From: Burkholderiales bacterium
GTDB lineage: Bacteria; Pseudomonadota; Gammaproteobacteria; Burkholderiales; JACMKV01
DNA length: 48,019 nucleotides
Direction of reading: 5' to 3'
Assembly: GCA_013695435.1 (NCBI GenBank)
Contig: JACDAM010000060.1
Span: 1-48,019, forward strand
Shown here piece by piece: positions 40,710 to 48,019 of the stretch. The position numbers and the translations under genes were made by a program. The notes under the pieces are model-generated. The model saw only the letters and a list, made by a program, of their open reading frames with translations, was not told the DNA's origin and did not search any database. The first letter of the stretch is position 1; each line of letters starts with the position of its first letter.

Positions 40710-43700
40710 CTAGCTTTCATATGCCAGCACCGGCGCCAGCCAACGCTCGACGACCGCCAACTCCATGCCCTTGCGCTTCGCATAATCCTCGACTTGATCT
40801 CGGTTGATCTTGCCGGTCGCGAAATACGCCGAATCGGGATGTGAAAAATAGAATCCCGAGACGGCCGCAGCCGGCAGCATCGCGAAACTTTCGGTCAGCG
40901 TCATGTCTGCGGTTTTTGTCGCATCCAGCAACTCGAACAGCGCCGCTTTTTCCGTGTGATCCGGGCATGCGGGATAACCGGGCGCTGGACGGATGCCGCG
41001 ATAGTTTTCGGCGATCATCGCTTCGTAATCGACCTCCTCGTCTTTGGCATAGCCCCAGAACTCGCGTCGCACGCGCCAGTGCATGTGTTCAGCGAAGGCT
41101 TCGGCGAGGCGATCGGCGAGCGCTTTCAGCAGAATCGCGTTGTAGTCGTCGTGGTTTTTCTCGAAGGCGGCAACGCGTTCGTCGATGCCCAGTCCTGACG
41201 TCACTGCAAAAGCGCCGACGTAATCCTTGACGCCGGATTCCTTCGGCGCGATCAAATCGCCCAGGCATTGATTCGGCCGGCCCGGCGGCTTGACCATTTG
41301 CTGGCGCAGGTTGTGGAAAGTCATCGCGACTTGGCTGCGCGATTCATCGGTGTAGATTTCGATATCGTCGCCGCCATTCACGCTGTTCGCGGGGAACAGG
41401 CCGATCACGGCGTTTGCGGTCAACCATTCTTCGTCGACGATGCGCTTCAGCATCGCTTGCGCGTCGGCGAATAACGCGCTCGCCGCCGGCCCGACGACCT
41501 CATCGCTCAGAATTTTCGGATAGTGACCGCGCAGTTCCCACGTCTGGAAAAATGGCGTCCAATCGATGAACGGCACGAGATCGGCGAGCGGATAACCGCG
41601 AAAGACCTTGCGCCCGATGAACGTCGGCGCTGGCGGGGCGTACATCGCCCAATCGGTTTTCAGGCCGTGCTTGCGCGCCTCGGCGATCGTGTGATGCGGA
41701 CCCTGGCCTTTTTTTCCTTTGTGCTGGGCGCGAATCTTTTCGTAATCGGTTTTGATCGACTGGATGTAATCGTGCTTCAAGTCGTCGCTGAGTAAATTGC
41801 TGCACACGCCGACCGCGCGCGACGCATCCGGCACCCAGATCGTTGGGCCTTTATAGCCGGGCTCGATCTTGACCACCGTGTGCACGCGCGACGTCGTCGC
41901 GCCGCCGATCAAAAGCGGTATCGTAAAACCTTCGCGCTGCATTTCCTTTGCCACATGACTCATTTCTTCGAGCGATGGCGTGATCAGGCCCGACAAGCCG
42001 ATGATGTCGGCGTTTTCGTCGCGCGCGGTTTGCAGAATTTTCGCGCTCGGCACCATGACACCGAGATTGACGACCTCGTAGTTATTACATTGCAGCACCA
42101 CGGTTACGATGTTCTTGCCGATGTCGTGGACATCGCCTTTCACCGTCGCGATCACGATCTTGCCTTTCGGCTTCTGCGCGCCCGATTTGTCCTTCTCGGC
42201 CTCGATGAACGGGACCAGATGGGCTACCGCCTGCTTCATCACACGCGCCGATTTCACCACTTGCGGCAGAAACATTTTGCCGGCGCCGAACAGATCGCCG
42301 ACGACGTTCATCCCGTCCATCAGCGGACCTTCGATGACGTGGATCGGCCGTTCGGCTTGCTGCCGCGCTTCCTCCGTGTCTTCGATAATAAAATCGGTGA
42401 TCCCTTTCACCAGCGCGTGCGTCAGCCGCTCGTTGACCGATGTGTTGCGCCATGCCAGATCCTCGACCGCCGCTTTACCTTTACCCTTGACCGTCTCGGC
42501 GAATTCAACCATGCGCTCGGCGGCATCCGGGCGCCGATTCAGAATGATGTCCTCGGCGCGTTCGAGCAGGTCTTTCGGTATCTCGGCGTAAACACCGAGC
42601 TGGCCTGCGTTGACGATTCCCATCGTCATACCGGCCTGGATCGCGTGATACAGAAACGCGGTGTGAATCGCTTCGCGCACGGGATCGTTGCCGCGGAACG
42701 AGAACGAGACGTTCGACACGCCGCCGCTGATTTTTGCATACGGCAACTTTTTGCGGATCGCACGCGTCGCCTCGATGTAATCGACGCCGTAATTGTTGTG
42801 CTCTTCGATCCCGGTCGCGATCGCGAAGATGTTGGGATCGAAGATGATGTCCTCGGGCGGGAAGCCGACTTCATCGACGAGGATGCGGTAGCTATTCGTG
42901 CAGATTTCGATTTTGCGGGCAAGGGTATCGGCCTGGCCTTTTTCGTCGAACGCCATGACGACAACGGCCGCGCCGTAGCGCCGCGCAAGCCGTGCATGCT
43001 TGACGAACTCCTCCTTGCCCTCTTTCATACTGATCGAATTGACAACCGGCTTACCCTGGACGCACTTCAGCCCGGCTTCGATCACCGACCATTTCGATGA
43101 ATCGATCATCATCGGCACGCGGCTGATGTCGGGCTCGGATGCGATCAGGTTCAGAAACGTCACCATGGCTTTCTGCGAATCGAGCATCGCTTCGTCCATG
43201 TTGACGTCGATCACCTGCGCGCCGTTCTCGACCTGCTGGCGCGCAACCGCCAGCGCCTCGGCATAGTTGTCGTTCAGGATCAGGCGCGCGAACGCTTTCG
43301 AACCGGTCACGTTGGTGCGCTCGCCGACATTGACGAACAGGCTGTCCTCGCCAATGTTCAGCGGCTCGAGGCCAGACAACCGCAGCTTTTTTTCGATTTC
43401 GGGAAGCGGGCGCGGCGCGATATCCTTGACGACTTCGGCGATCGCCTTGATATGCGCGGGCGTCGTGCCGCAGCAGCCGCCGACGATGTTGAGGAAACCG
43501 CTTTCGGCGAATTCGCGGATCAGCCCGGCCATGTACTCGGGCGTCTCGTCGTATTCACCGAATTCGTTCGGCAAGCCGGCGTTCGGGTGGGCGCTGACGG
43601 GGACGTCGGCAATCGTCGCCAGCTCCTCGACATATGGCCGCAACTGCTTGGCGCCGAGCGCGCAATTGAGGCCGATCGCCAGCGGCCGCGCATGCGACAC

Positions 43701-44408
43701 CGAATTCCAGAATGCCTCGGTCGTCTGACCGGATAGCGTGCGCCCCGAGGCATCGGTGATCGTGCCCGAAATCATGATCGGCAGCCGCGCGTCATTCGCA
43801 TCGAAATACTGATCGATGGCGAACAGCGCGGCTTTGCAATTCAGTGTATCGAACACGGTTTCGACCAGCACAATGTCGGCGCCGCCGTCGACCAGGCCGC
43901 GCAGCGCTTCGGTGTAGGTTTCGACCAGAGCATCGAAACTCGTGTTGCGAAATCCCGGGTCGTTGACGTCGGGCGAAATCGAGGCGGTGCGGTTGGTCGG
44001 CCCCAAAACTCCGGCGACGAAACGCGGTTTGTCCGGATTGCGCCGCGTGTATCCGTCGGCGACTTCGCGCGCGATTCTGGCGCCGTCGCGATTCAGCTCA
44101 AAAACCAGATCCTCCATCCTGTAATCGGCCATCGCAATCGCGGTCGAATTGAAGGTGTTGGTTTCGAGGATATCGGCGCCGGCATCGAGATACGCGGCGT
44201 GAATCGCGCGGACGATCTTCGGCTGGGTCAGCGTCAAGAGATCGTTGTTGCCTTTGAGGTCGTGGGCGAAATCGGCAAAGCGCGCACCGCGATAATCGGC
44301 CTCCGACAGCTTGTAGGTCTGAATCATGGTACCCATCGCGCCGTCGATGATCAGGATGCGGCGTTCGAGCAGCGAGCGCAGCTCGGCAGTACGGTTTGTT
44401 GTTGTCAT
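40710..44408 (-). CDS. metH: Cobalamin-dependent methionine synthase.
   Basis: 1232 aa with all modules: Hcy-binding ([11 protein letters not shown]), pterin-binding, B12-binding DxHxxG ([11 protein letters not shown]) and the AdoMet reactivation domain. Confidence 0.97.
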   Translation of the reverse strand: MTTTNRTAELRSLLERRILIIDGAMGTMIQTYKLSEADYRGARFADFAHDLKGNNDLLTLTQPKIVRAIHAAYLDAGADILETNTFNSTAIAMADYRMEDLVFELNRDGARIAREVADGYTRRNPDKPRFVAGVLGPTNRTASISPDVNDPGFRNTSFDALVETYTEALRGLVDGGADIVLVETVFDTLNCKAALFAIDQYFDANDARLPIMISGTITDASGRTLSGQTTEAFWNSVSHARPLAIGLNCALGAKQLRPYVEELATIADVPVSAHPNAGLPNEFGEYDETPEYMAGLIREFAESGFLNIVGGCCGTTPAHIKAIAEVVKDIAPRPLPEIEKKLRLSGLEPLNIGEDSLFVNVGERTNVTGSKAFARLILNDNYAEALAVARQQVENGAQVIDVNMDEAMLDSQKAMVTFLNLIASEPDISRVPMMIDSSKWSVIEAGLKCVQGKPVVNSISMKEGKEEFVKHARLARRYGAAVVVMAFDEKGQADTLARKIEICTNSYRILVDEVGFPPEDIIFDPNIFAIATGIEEHNNYGVDYIEATRAIRKKLPYAKISGGVSNVSFSFRGNDPVREAIHTAFLYHAIQAGMTMGIVNAGQLGVYAEIPKDLLERAEDIILNRRPDAAERMVEFAETVKGKGKAAVEDLAWRNTSVNERLTHALVKGITDFIIEDTEEARQQAERPIHVIEGPLMDGMNVVGDLFGAGKMFLPQVVKSARVMKQAVAHLVPFIEAEKDKSGAQKPKGKIVIATVKGDVHDIGKNIVTVVLQCNNYEVVNLGVMVPSAKILQTARDENADIIGLSGLITPSLEEMSHVAKEMQREGFTIPLLIGGATTSRVHTVVKIEPGYKGPTIWVPDASRAVGVCSNLLSDDLKHDYIQSIKTDYEKIRAQHKGKKGQGPHHTIAEARKHGLKTDWAMYAPPAPTFIGRKVFRGYPLADLVPFIDWTPFFQTWELRGHYPKILSDEVVGPAASALFADAQAMLKRIVDEEWLTANAVIGLFPANSVNGGDDIEIYTDESRSQVAMTFHNLRQQMVKPPGRPNQCLGDLIAPKESGVKDYVGAFAVTSGLGIDERVAAFEKNHDDYNAILLKALADRLAEAFAEHMHWRVRREFWGYAKDEEVDYEAMIAENYRGIRPAPGYPACPDHTEKAALFELLDATKTADMTLTESFAMLPAAAVSGFYFSHPDSAYFATGKINRDQVEDYAKRKGMELAVVERWLAPVLAYES

Positions 44409-44576
44409 GGGAAACTTGCGGCTTGCGGTTTAGCAAAGCCGCCTATGGTAGCAAATCGATCACGCCGAGGTGAGTCGGGCCGTAATGGACGTTGGATCGA
44501 GGCTATCTGCGCGCGGACGAGAGCAGGTGAAGCGCCGCCACTGCGCCGCCTCAGTCATCAGACACAAACGATCGCG

Positions 44577-45593
44577 CTATACGTGCACGACCTTCACGAA
44601 CTCCGCCTGCCGCAACACCTGGCGCACGCGGCCCATCACTTCATTGACCGTAATCCGGTCGAGACAATCCCAGTAAGGACACTTCTCGTAGATGCATTTT
44701 TCGCAGGTGGGCACTTGTGGCCTCAGCACAACGCCGTGCCCGAGCGGCTGCCAGCGGATCGGAAGCGCGTTGCGCCGCGGATCGAACAAGCTGACGAACG
44801 GGCAACCCAGAGCCGCCGCCAGATGCGCAGGGCCGGTTGCGCCCGCCACCAGCGCGTCGCTCTCAGCGATTATCGCCATCAAGCCGCGCAAATCGATCTG
44901 CCCCATGAGATTGAGCACGCCGACGCGCGGGATTTGATCGTGCGCTATGTCGGCGAAGAAACGCTGGCGCTCGTCGGCGCTTCCGGTCAGAACCACGCCA
45001 TAGCCGGCATGCACCAGTTCCGCCACCAATCCGCAATAGTGACTGCTGCGCCAGCGCCGCGTCGAGAATCCGCCCGGATGCACGACGACGCGCGGCCTCG
45101 GAAGCGCTTCGAGTCGCGTACGCGCTACCTGCCTTTCGTTTTCGGTCGCAGTCAAAGCTGGCCGTGTTCCGGGGCCGGGTGTCAGGCCGAGCCCTTTCAG
45201 CAACCCAAGGTTGTATTCGCTTTCGTGCCTGGAGAAATCATGCCGATGCTCGTAGACGCGGCGATTCATGAACACGCTATACCAGCGGTAGCCGGTCGCG
45301 ACGCGAATCGGCACACGCGCAGCCCACGCGGCAATCATCCATTGCTTGAACGGTTTGAGAAAAATCGCGGCATCGAATCCGCGCAACATGGCTACGCGTT
45401 CGCCGAACCGCTCGGCTCCGCTTGCACTAAGCACTGCGTCGAGATCGGGATGCTGCTGCAAAGCCGGCGCGGCGTAGGCGCTGGAGAGGAAAGTGATATG
45501 CGCATCGGGCATCTGGCTGCGCAAAGCCGACGCGACCGGCAGACACAGTATTTCGTCGCCGATGCCGTCGGGCCTGACCAGTACGATTTTCAT
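44577..45593 (-). CDS. Glycosyltransferase family 9 (LPS heptosyltransferase-like).
   Basis: MKIVLVRPDGIGDEIL N-terminus, a GPAHLAAALGCP region and a C-terminal Cys-rich CEKCIYEKCPYWDC motif that I recall as common in the GT9 family. ATG 45593; ATG 45620 is the alternative. Confidence 0.85.
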   Translation of the reverse strand: MKIVLVRPDGIGDEILCLPVASALRSQMPDAHITFLSSAYAAPALQQHPDLDAVLSASGAERFGERVAMLRGFDAAIFLKPFKQWMIAAWAARVPIRVATGYRWYSVFMNRRVYEHRHDFSRHESEYNLGLLKGLGLTPGPGTRPALTATENERQVARTRLEALPRPRVVVHPGGFSTRRWRSSHYCGLVAELVHAGYGVVLTGSADERQRFFADIAHDQIPRVGVLNLMGQIDLRGLMAIIAESDALVAGATGPAHLAAALGCPFVSLFDPRRNALPIRWQPLGHGVVLRPQVPTCEKCIYEKCPYWDCLDRITVNEVMGRVRQVLRQAEFVKVVHV

Positions 45594-45707
45594 CCTTCCT
45601 CGCTGATGCATCGGCGTCATGGCCGGACGCTCCGCCGTTTTCGATTCTGTGGCCCCGCAGGGCTCATTTCTGCTGCCCGATGTAATGACAATGGGCCCTC
45701 GAAGGCG

Positions 45708-47201
45708 TCAGCGATCGAAGCGCCGGTATTGGATCGCTTCGGCGATATGCGCGCCAGCGACCGATTCGGTTGCTGCGAGGTCAGCAATCGTGCGCGCCAT
45801 TTTCAGGACGCGGTGGTAAGCGCGCGCCGATAAGCCGAGCCGGCTGATCGCCTGCTTGAGCAGGTTTTCACCGGGCGCGTCGGGCGCGCAATGCTTGTCG
45901 ATCTCGCGTGTCGTGAGCCAGGCATTGGCCTTACCCTGCCGCGCCAACTGCCGCTGATAAGCGCCCTCGACGCGCCCTCGCACGACGCGGCTGGCTTCGC
46001 CGCCATCGCGCTTTGCCAGATCTTCCTGCGGCACTGCCGGCACTTCGATCTGCAGGTCGATGCGATCGAGCAGCGGCCCGGAAATTCTGGCGCGATAGCG
46101 AACGACCTGGTCGGGCGTGCAGCGGCATTTGCCGGTGTAGTGGCCGAGATAGCCGCATGGACACGGGTTCATCGCGGCAATCAACTGGAATTGCGCGGGA
46201 AAATCGGCTTGGCGGGCGGCGCGCGACACCGTGATTTTGCCGGATTCGAGCGGCTCGCGCAGCACTTCGAGCACCCTTCGATCGAATTCGGGCAGCTCAT
46301 CGAGGAACAGCACGCCATGCAGCGCGAGCGAAATTTCGCCGGGCCGCGGATTGCTGCCGCCGCCAACCAGCGCGACGGCCGACGCCGTATGATGCGGCGC
46401 GCGGTAGGGGCGCTTTTTCCAGTTGCCGACATCGAAGCGGCCGCTGCCGAGCGACTGCATCGCCGCCGATGCCAGCGCCTGCTGTTGCGTCATGGCAGGC
46501 AGAATCCCGGGAAAACGCGCGGCGAGCATGCTTTTGCCGGTGCCGGGCGGCCCGACCATGAGCACGCTATGGCCCCCGGCCGCGGCGATTTCAAGCGCGC
46601 GTTTGGCGTGCGCCTGGCCCTTGACATCGAGAAGGTCCGGATAGGTTGACGCGATGGCTCGCGGCCGTTGCACGCATCGGCCGAGTTGTTCGCCGCCGGA
46701 CAGGTGGGCGCAGACGGCGAGCAGCGAGGTCGCCGGGTAGACTTCGGCATCGTCGACCAGCGCCGCTTCGGCGGCGTTTTCAGCCGGCAACACGAACCCG
46801 CGTTTATCCTGATTCGCTCCCAATGCCATCGGCAGCGCGCCGCGCACCGCGCGCAGTTCGCCCGTCAAGGCGAGTTCTCCGGCGAATTCGTACGCCTTGA
46901 GCCTTTCGGCTGGGACCTGCCCGGAAGCGGCAAGGATGCCGATCGCAATCGGCAGATCGAAACGGCCCGATTCCTTGGGCAGATCGGCCGGCGCCAGATT
47001 GACCGTGATGCGCCGCATCGGGAATTCGAAACGCGCATTCAGCAGCGCCGCGCGCACGCGATCCTTGCTTTCCTTGACCTCGGCTTCGGGCAAGCCAACG
47101 ATGGTAAAACTGGGCAGGCCGTTGGCGAGATGAACTTCCACCGTGACCAGCGGCGCATCCATGCCGTCGAGCGCGCGGCTATAAAGGACCGCGAGCGACA
47201 C
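45708..47201 (-). CDS. comM: YifB/ComM-family Mg-chelatase-like AAA+ ATPase.
   Basis: Lon-protease-like N-domain (LPSFTIVGLPEAEVKESKDRVRAAL), Walker A (MVGPPGTGKSM), Walker B (VLFLDELPEF) and a Zn-ribbon-like stretch (CPCGYLGHYTGKCRC). GTG start at 47201 with GAGG 5 nt upstream. Confidence 0.93.
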   Translation of the reverse strand: MSLAVLYSRALDGMDAPLVTVEVHLANGLPSFTIVGLPEAEVKESKDRVRAALLNARFEFPMRRITVNLAPADLPKESGRFDLPIAIGILAASGQVPAERLKAYEFAGELALTGELRAVRGALPMALGANQDKRGFVLPAENAAEAALVDDAEVYPATSLLAVCAHLSGGEQLGRCVQRPRAIASTYPDLLDVKGQAHAKRALEIAAAGGHSVLMVGPPGTGKSMLAARFPGILPAMTQQQALASAAMQSLGSGRFDVGNWKKRPYRAPHHTASAVALVGGGSNPRPGEISLALHGVLFLDELPEFDRRVLEVLREPLESGKITVSRAARQADFPAQFQLIAAMNPCPCGYLGHYTGKCRCTPDQVVRYRARISGPLLDRIDLQIEVPAVPQEDLAKRDGGEASRVVRGRVEGAYQRQLARQGKANAWLTTREIDKHCAPDAPGENLLKQAISRLGLSARAYHRVLKMARTIADLAATESVAGAHIAEAIQYRRFDR

Positions 47202-47249
47202 TCATGCCTCGGTGCGGCCTTCCGCTTGTTGGCAGGGAGTCACAACGCA

Positions 47250-47347
47250 GGATGAATTGACCCTTCATCCCAAGGCGCGACCGATCGCACGCGAGCCAAA
47301 GCTTTGGCATTCGATGGGACAAGCATCTCAGCTTCGCTTGGGATGAA
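47250..47347. repeat. Three-way GGATGAA/TTCATCC repeat system enclosing a 14-nt perfect palindrome.
   Basis: ggatgaa (47250-47256), ttcatcccaag (47264-47274) and cttgggatgaa (47337-47347). The middle copy can pair with the left copy (7 bp) or the right copy (11 bp). The internal palindrome is gccaaagctttggc (47295-47308). The element lies in the ubiK-comM spacer. Confidence 0.6.
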
Positions 47348-47400
47348 TGAGTGCAAAAAAAGACGACTGACGGCTTTCGCTCACAGTGTTTGTGACGCCG

Positions 47401-47685
47401 CTAAACTTCGATGACCGGCGGCCGTGGCGGAGGAGGTTCGGACGGATTCGCTGGCTGCCGCCCTTCGACTGTCGCGAGCTTCGTCTCAAGCTCGATCAGC
47501 TTCTCGCGCGTGTGTTTCAGCAACTCGGTTTGCACGTCGAATTCTTCGCGCGTGACCAGATCCATTTTGGTAAAAACGCCGGCCATCATCGCGCGCATGT
47601 TCTTTTCTATGTCCTTGGCCGGGCTTTGCGCCATGACTTCGCTGATCTTCTTGTTGAGGTCTTCCCACAGATTCTGTTTGAACAT
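47401..47685 (-). CDS. ubiK: UbiK/YqiC-family accessory factor (BMFP coiled-coil protein).
   Basis: ATG 47685 with GGAGA 5 nt upstream. The 94-aa product reads MFKQNLWEDLNKKISEVMAQSPAKDIEKNMRAMMAGVFTKMDLVTREEFDVQTELLKHTREKLIELETKLATVE... The longer track ORFs (to 47985 and 48013) are Arg-rich non-coding extensions. Confidence 0.85.
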   Translation of the reverse strand: MFKQNLWEDLNKKISEVMAQSPAKDIEKNMRAMMAGVFTKMDLVTREEFDVQTELLKHTREKLIELETKLATVEGRQPANPSEPPPPRPPVIEV

Positions 47686-48019
47686 CGCGCTCTCCTTTTG
47701 TTGAGGTCCGGCAACGGCGCCGGATGCCAGGGCCTGTGAACAGGCCCTTATTCGACCACCGCAGTTTAGCAAAATGCCGCGATCCTGAGCCTGCCGCTTC
47801 CGCGCGGACACGGCGTCCGAAACACGCCGAGGCGCACCCCCGTCTGCGGGGAAGCAACGCCAAGGCCAATTCGCAGTCGGGCCGCGATTGGGCGCGCAAG
47901 CACTTTTTTGGTGCACGGACTTGGCAGGCCGCCCCACTGCAGTGCGTCGTGATCCGCGTGCTTTCGGTGGATATTTCCAAACCATTGTTCTCGCGGCTAT
48001 TTTTTCTGGGCATACGATG

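Noticed and set aside
44409-44576. Possible SAH riboswitch upstream of metH. This class is known upstream of metH, ahcY and metF in Betaproteobacteria.
   Set aside because: The minus-strand leader contains GAGGCGGCGC...GGCGGCGCUUCAC and AGCCUCGAUCCAACG, which only superficially resemble the consensus as I recall it (CGAGGAGCGCUGC-hairpin-AGGCUCGG-CAACGGCGCUC). The GGCGGCGC copies are direct repeats, not complementary, and I could not build the P1/P2/pseudoknot. A cmscan with the SAH riboswitch model would settle it.
47911-47930. Sigma-54 promoter (TGGTGCACGGACTTGGCAGG) after the NtrC-like site, and TGGGCATACGATG at the very end of the window.
   Set aside because: The GG-to-GC spacing deviates from the TGGCAC-N5-TTGC consensus by 1-4 nt in every register I tried. 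The last candidate is cut off by the window edge.
47720-47990. 6S RNA or another large structured RNA upstream of ubiK.
   Set aside because: I tested for the long 5'/3' end complementarity and central bubble expected of 6S RNA. Only short local stems and one 7-bp long-range match (gcctgcc/ggcaggc) turned up, which is not supportive.

Overview
This 48-kb window is about 60% GC and reads as core chromosome of a betaproteobacterium-type organism. That assignment is inferred from gene content and order, not from a search. I count about 35 genes, almost all on the minus strand. Reading down the minus strand, the order is: ubiK, comM, a GT9 glycosyltransferase, metH, a SIMPL protein, mpl, yqiA, an RNase II-family enzyme, a TonB-like protein, aroE, mgtE, an esterase, engB, hemB, pilMNOPQ, aroK, aroB, a dGTPase-like protein, gltBD, pyrF, hemE, priA, argS, a SPOR protein and dsbA. 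Only ponA (divergent from pilM), one hypothetical gene, a dihaem cytochrome c4 and a decayed carbonic-anhydrase gene lie on the plus strand. I found no rRNA, tRNA, CRISPR array, IS element, prophage or recognisable defence or toxin cassette, and I do not see a novel multi-gene system here. The points worth a second look are smaller. (1) The engB-hemB spacer holds a plus-strand run of stem-loops with two C/U-rich, anti-Shine-Dalgarno-like 11-nt loops and a canonical intrinsic terminator, which makes it a candidate trans-acting sRNA. (2) A signal-peptide-bearing fusion of two Cam-type gamma-carbonic-anhydrase domains shows complementary loss of metal-ligand residues in the two domains, but is broken by four frameshifts. 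(3) About 1 kb of gene decay lies between cytochrome c4 and the esterase: a Tat-signal sulfite-oxidase-family molybdoenzyme remnant plus a small membrane-protein remnant. (4) There are several palindromic or repeat elements in spacers. (5) A low-GC, frameshifted TPR gene remnant sits at the left edge. Many long ORFs in the supplied track are antisense or out-of-frame shadows of real genes in GC-rich DNA, and I rejected them. The track translates TTG and GTG starts as M and always takes the longest ORF, so I trimmed several starts.
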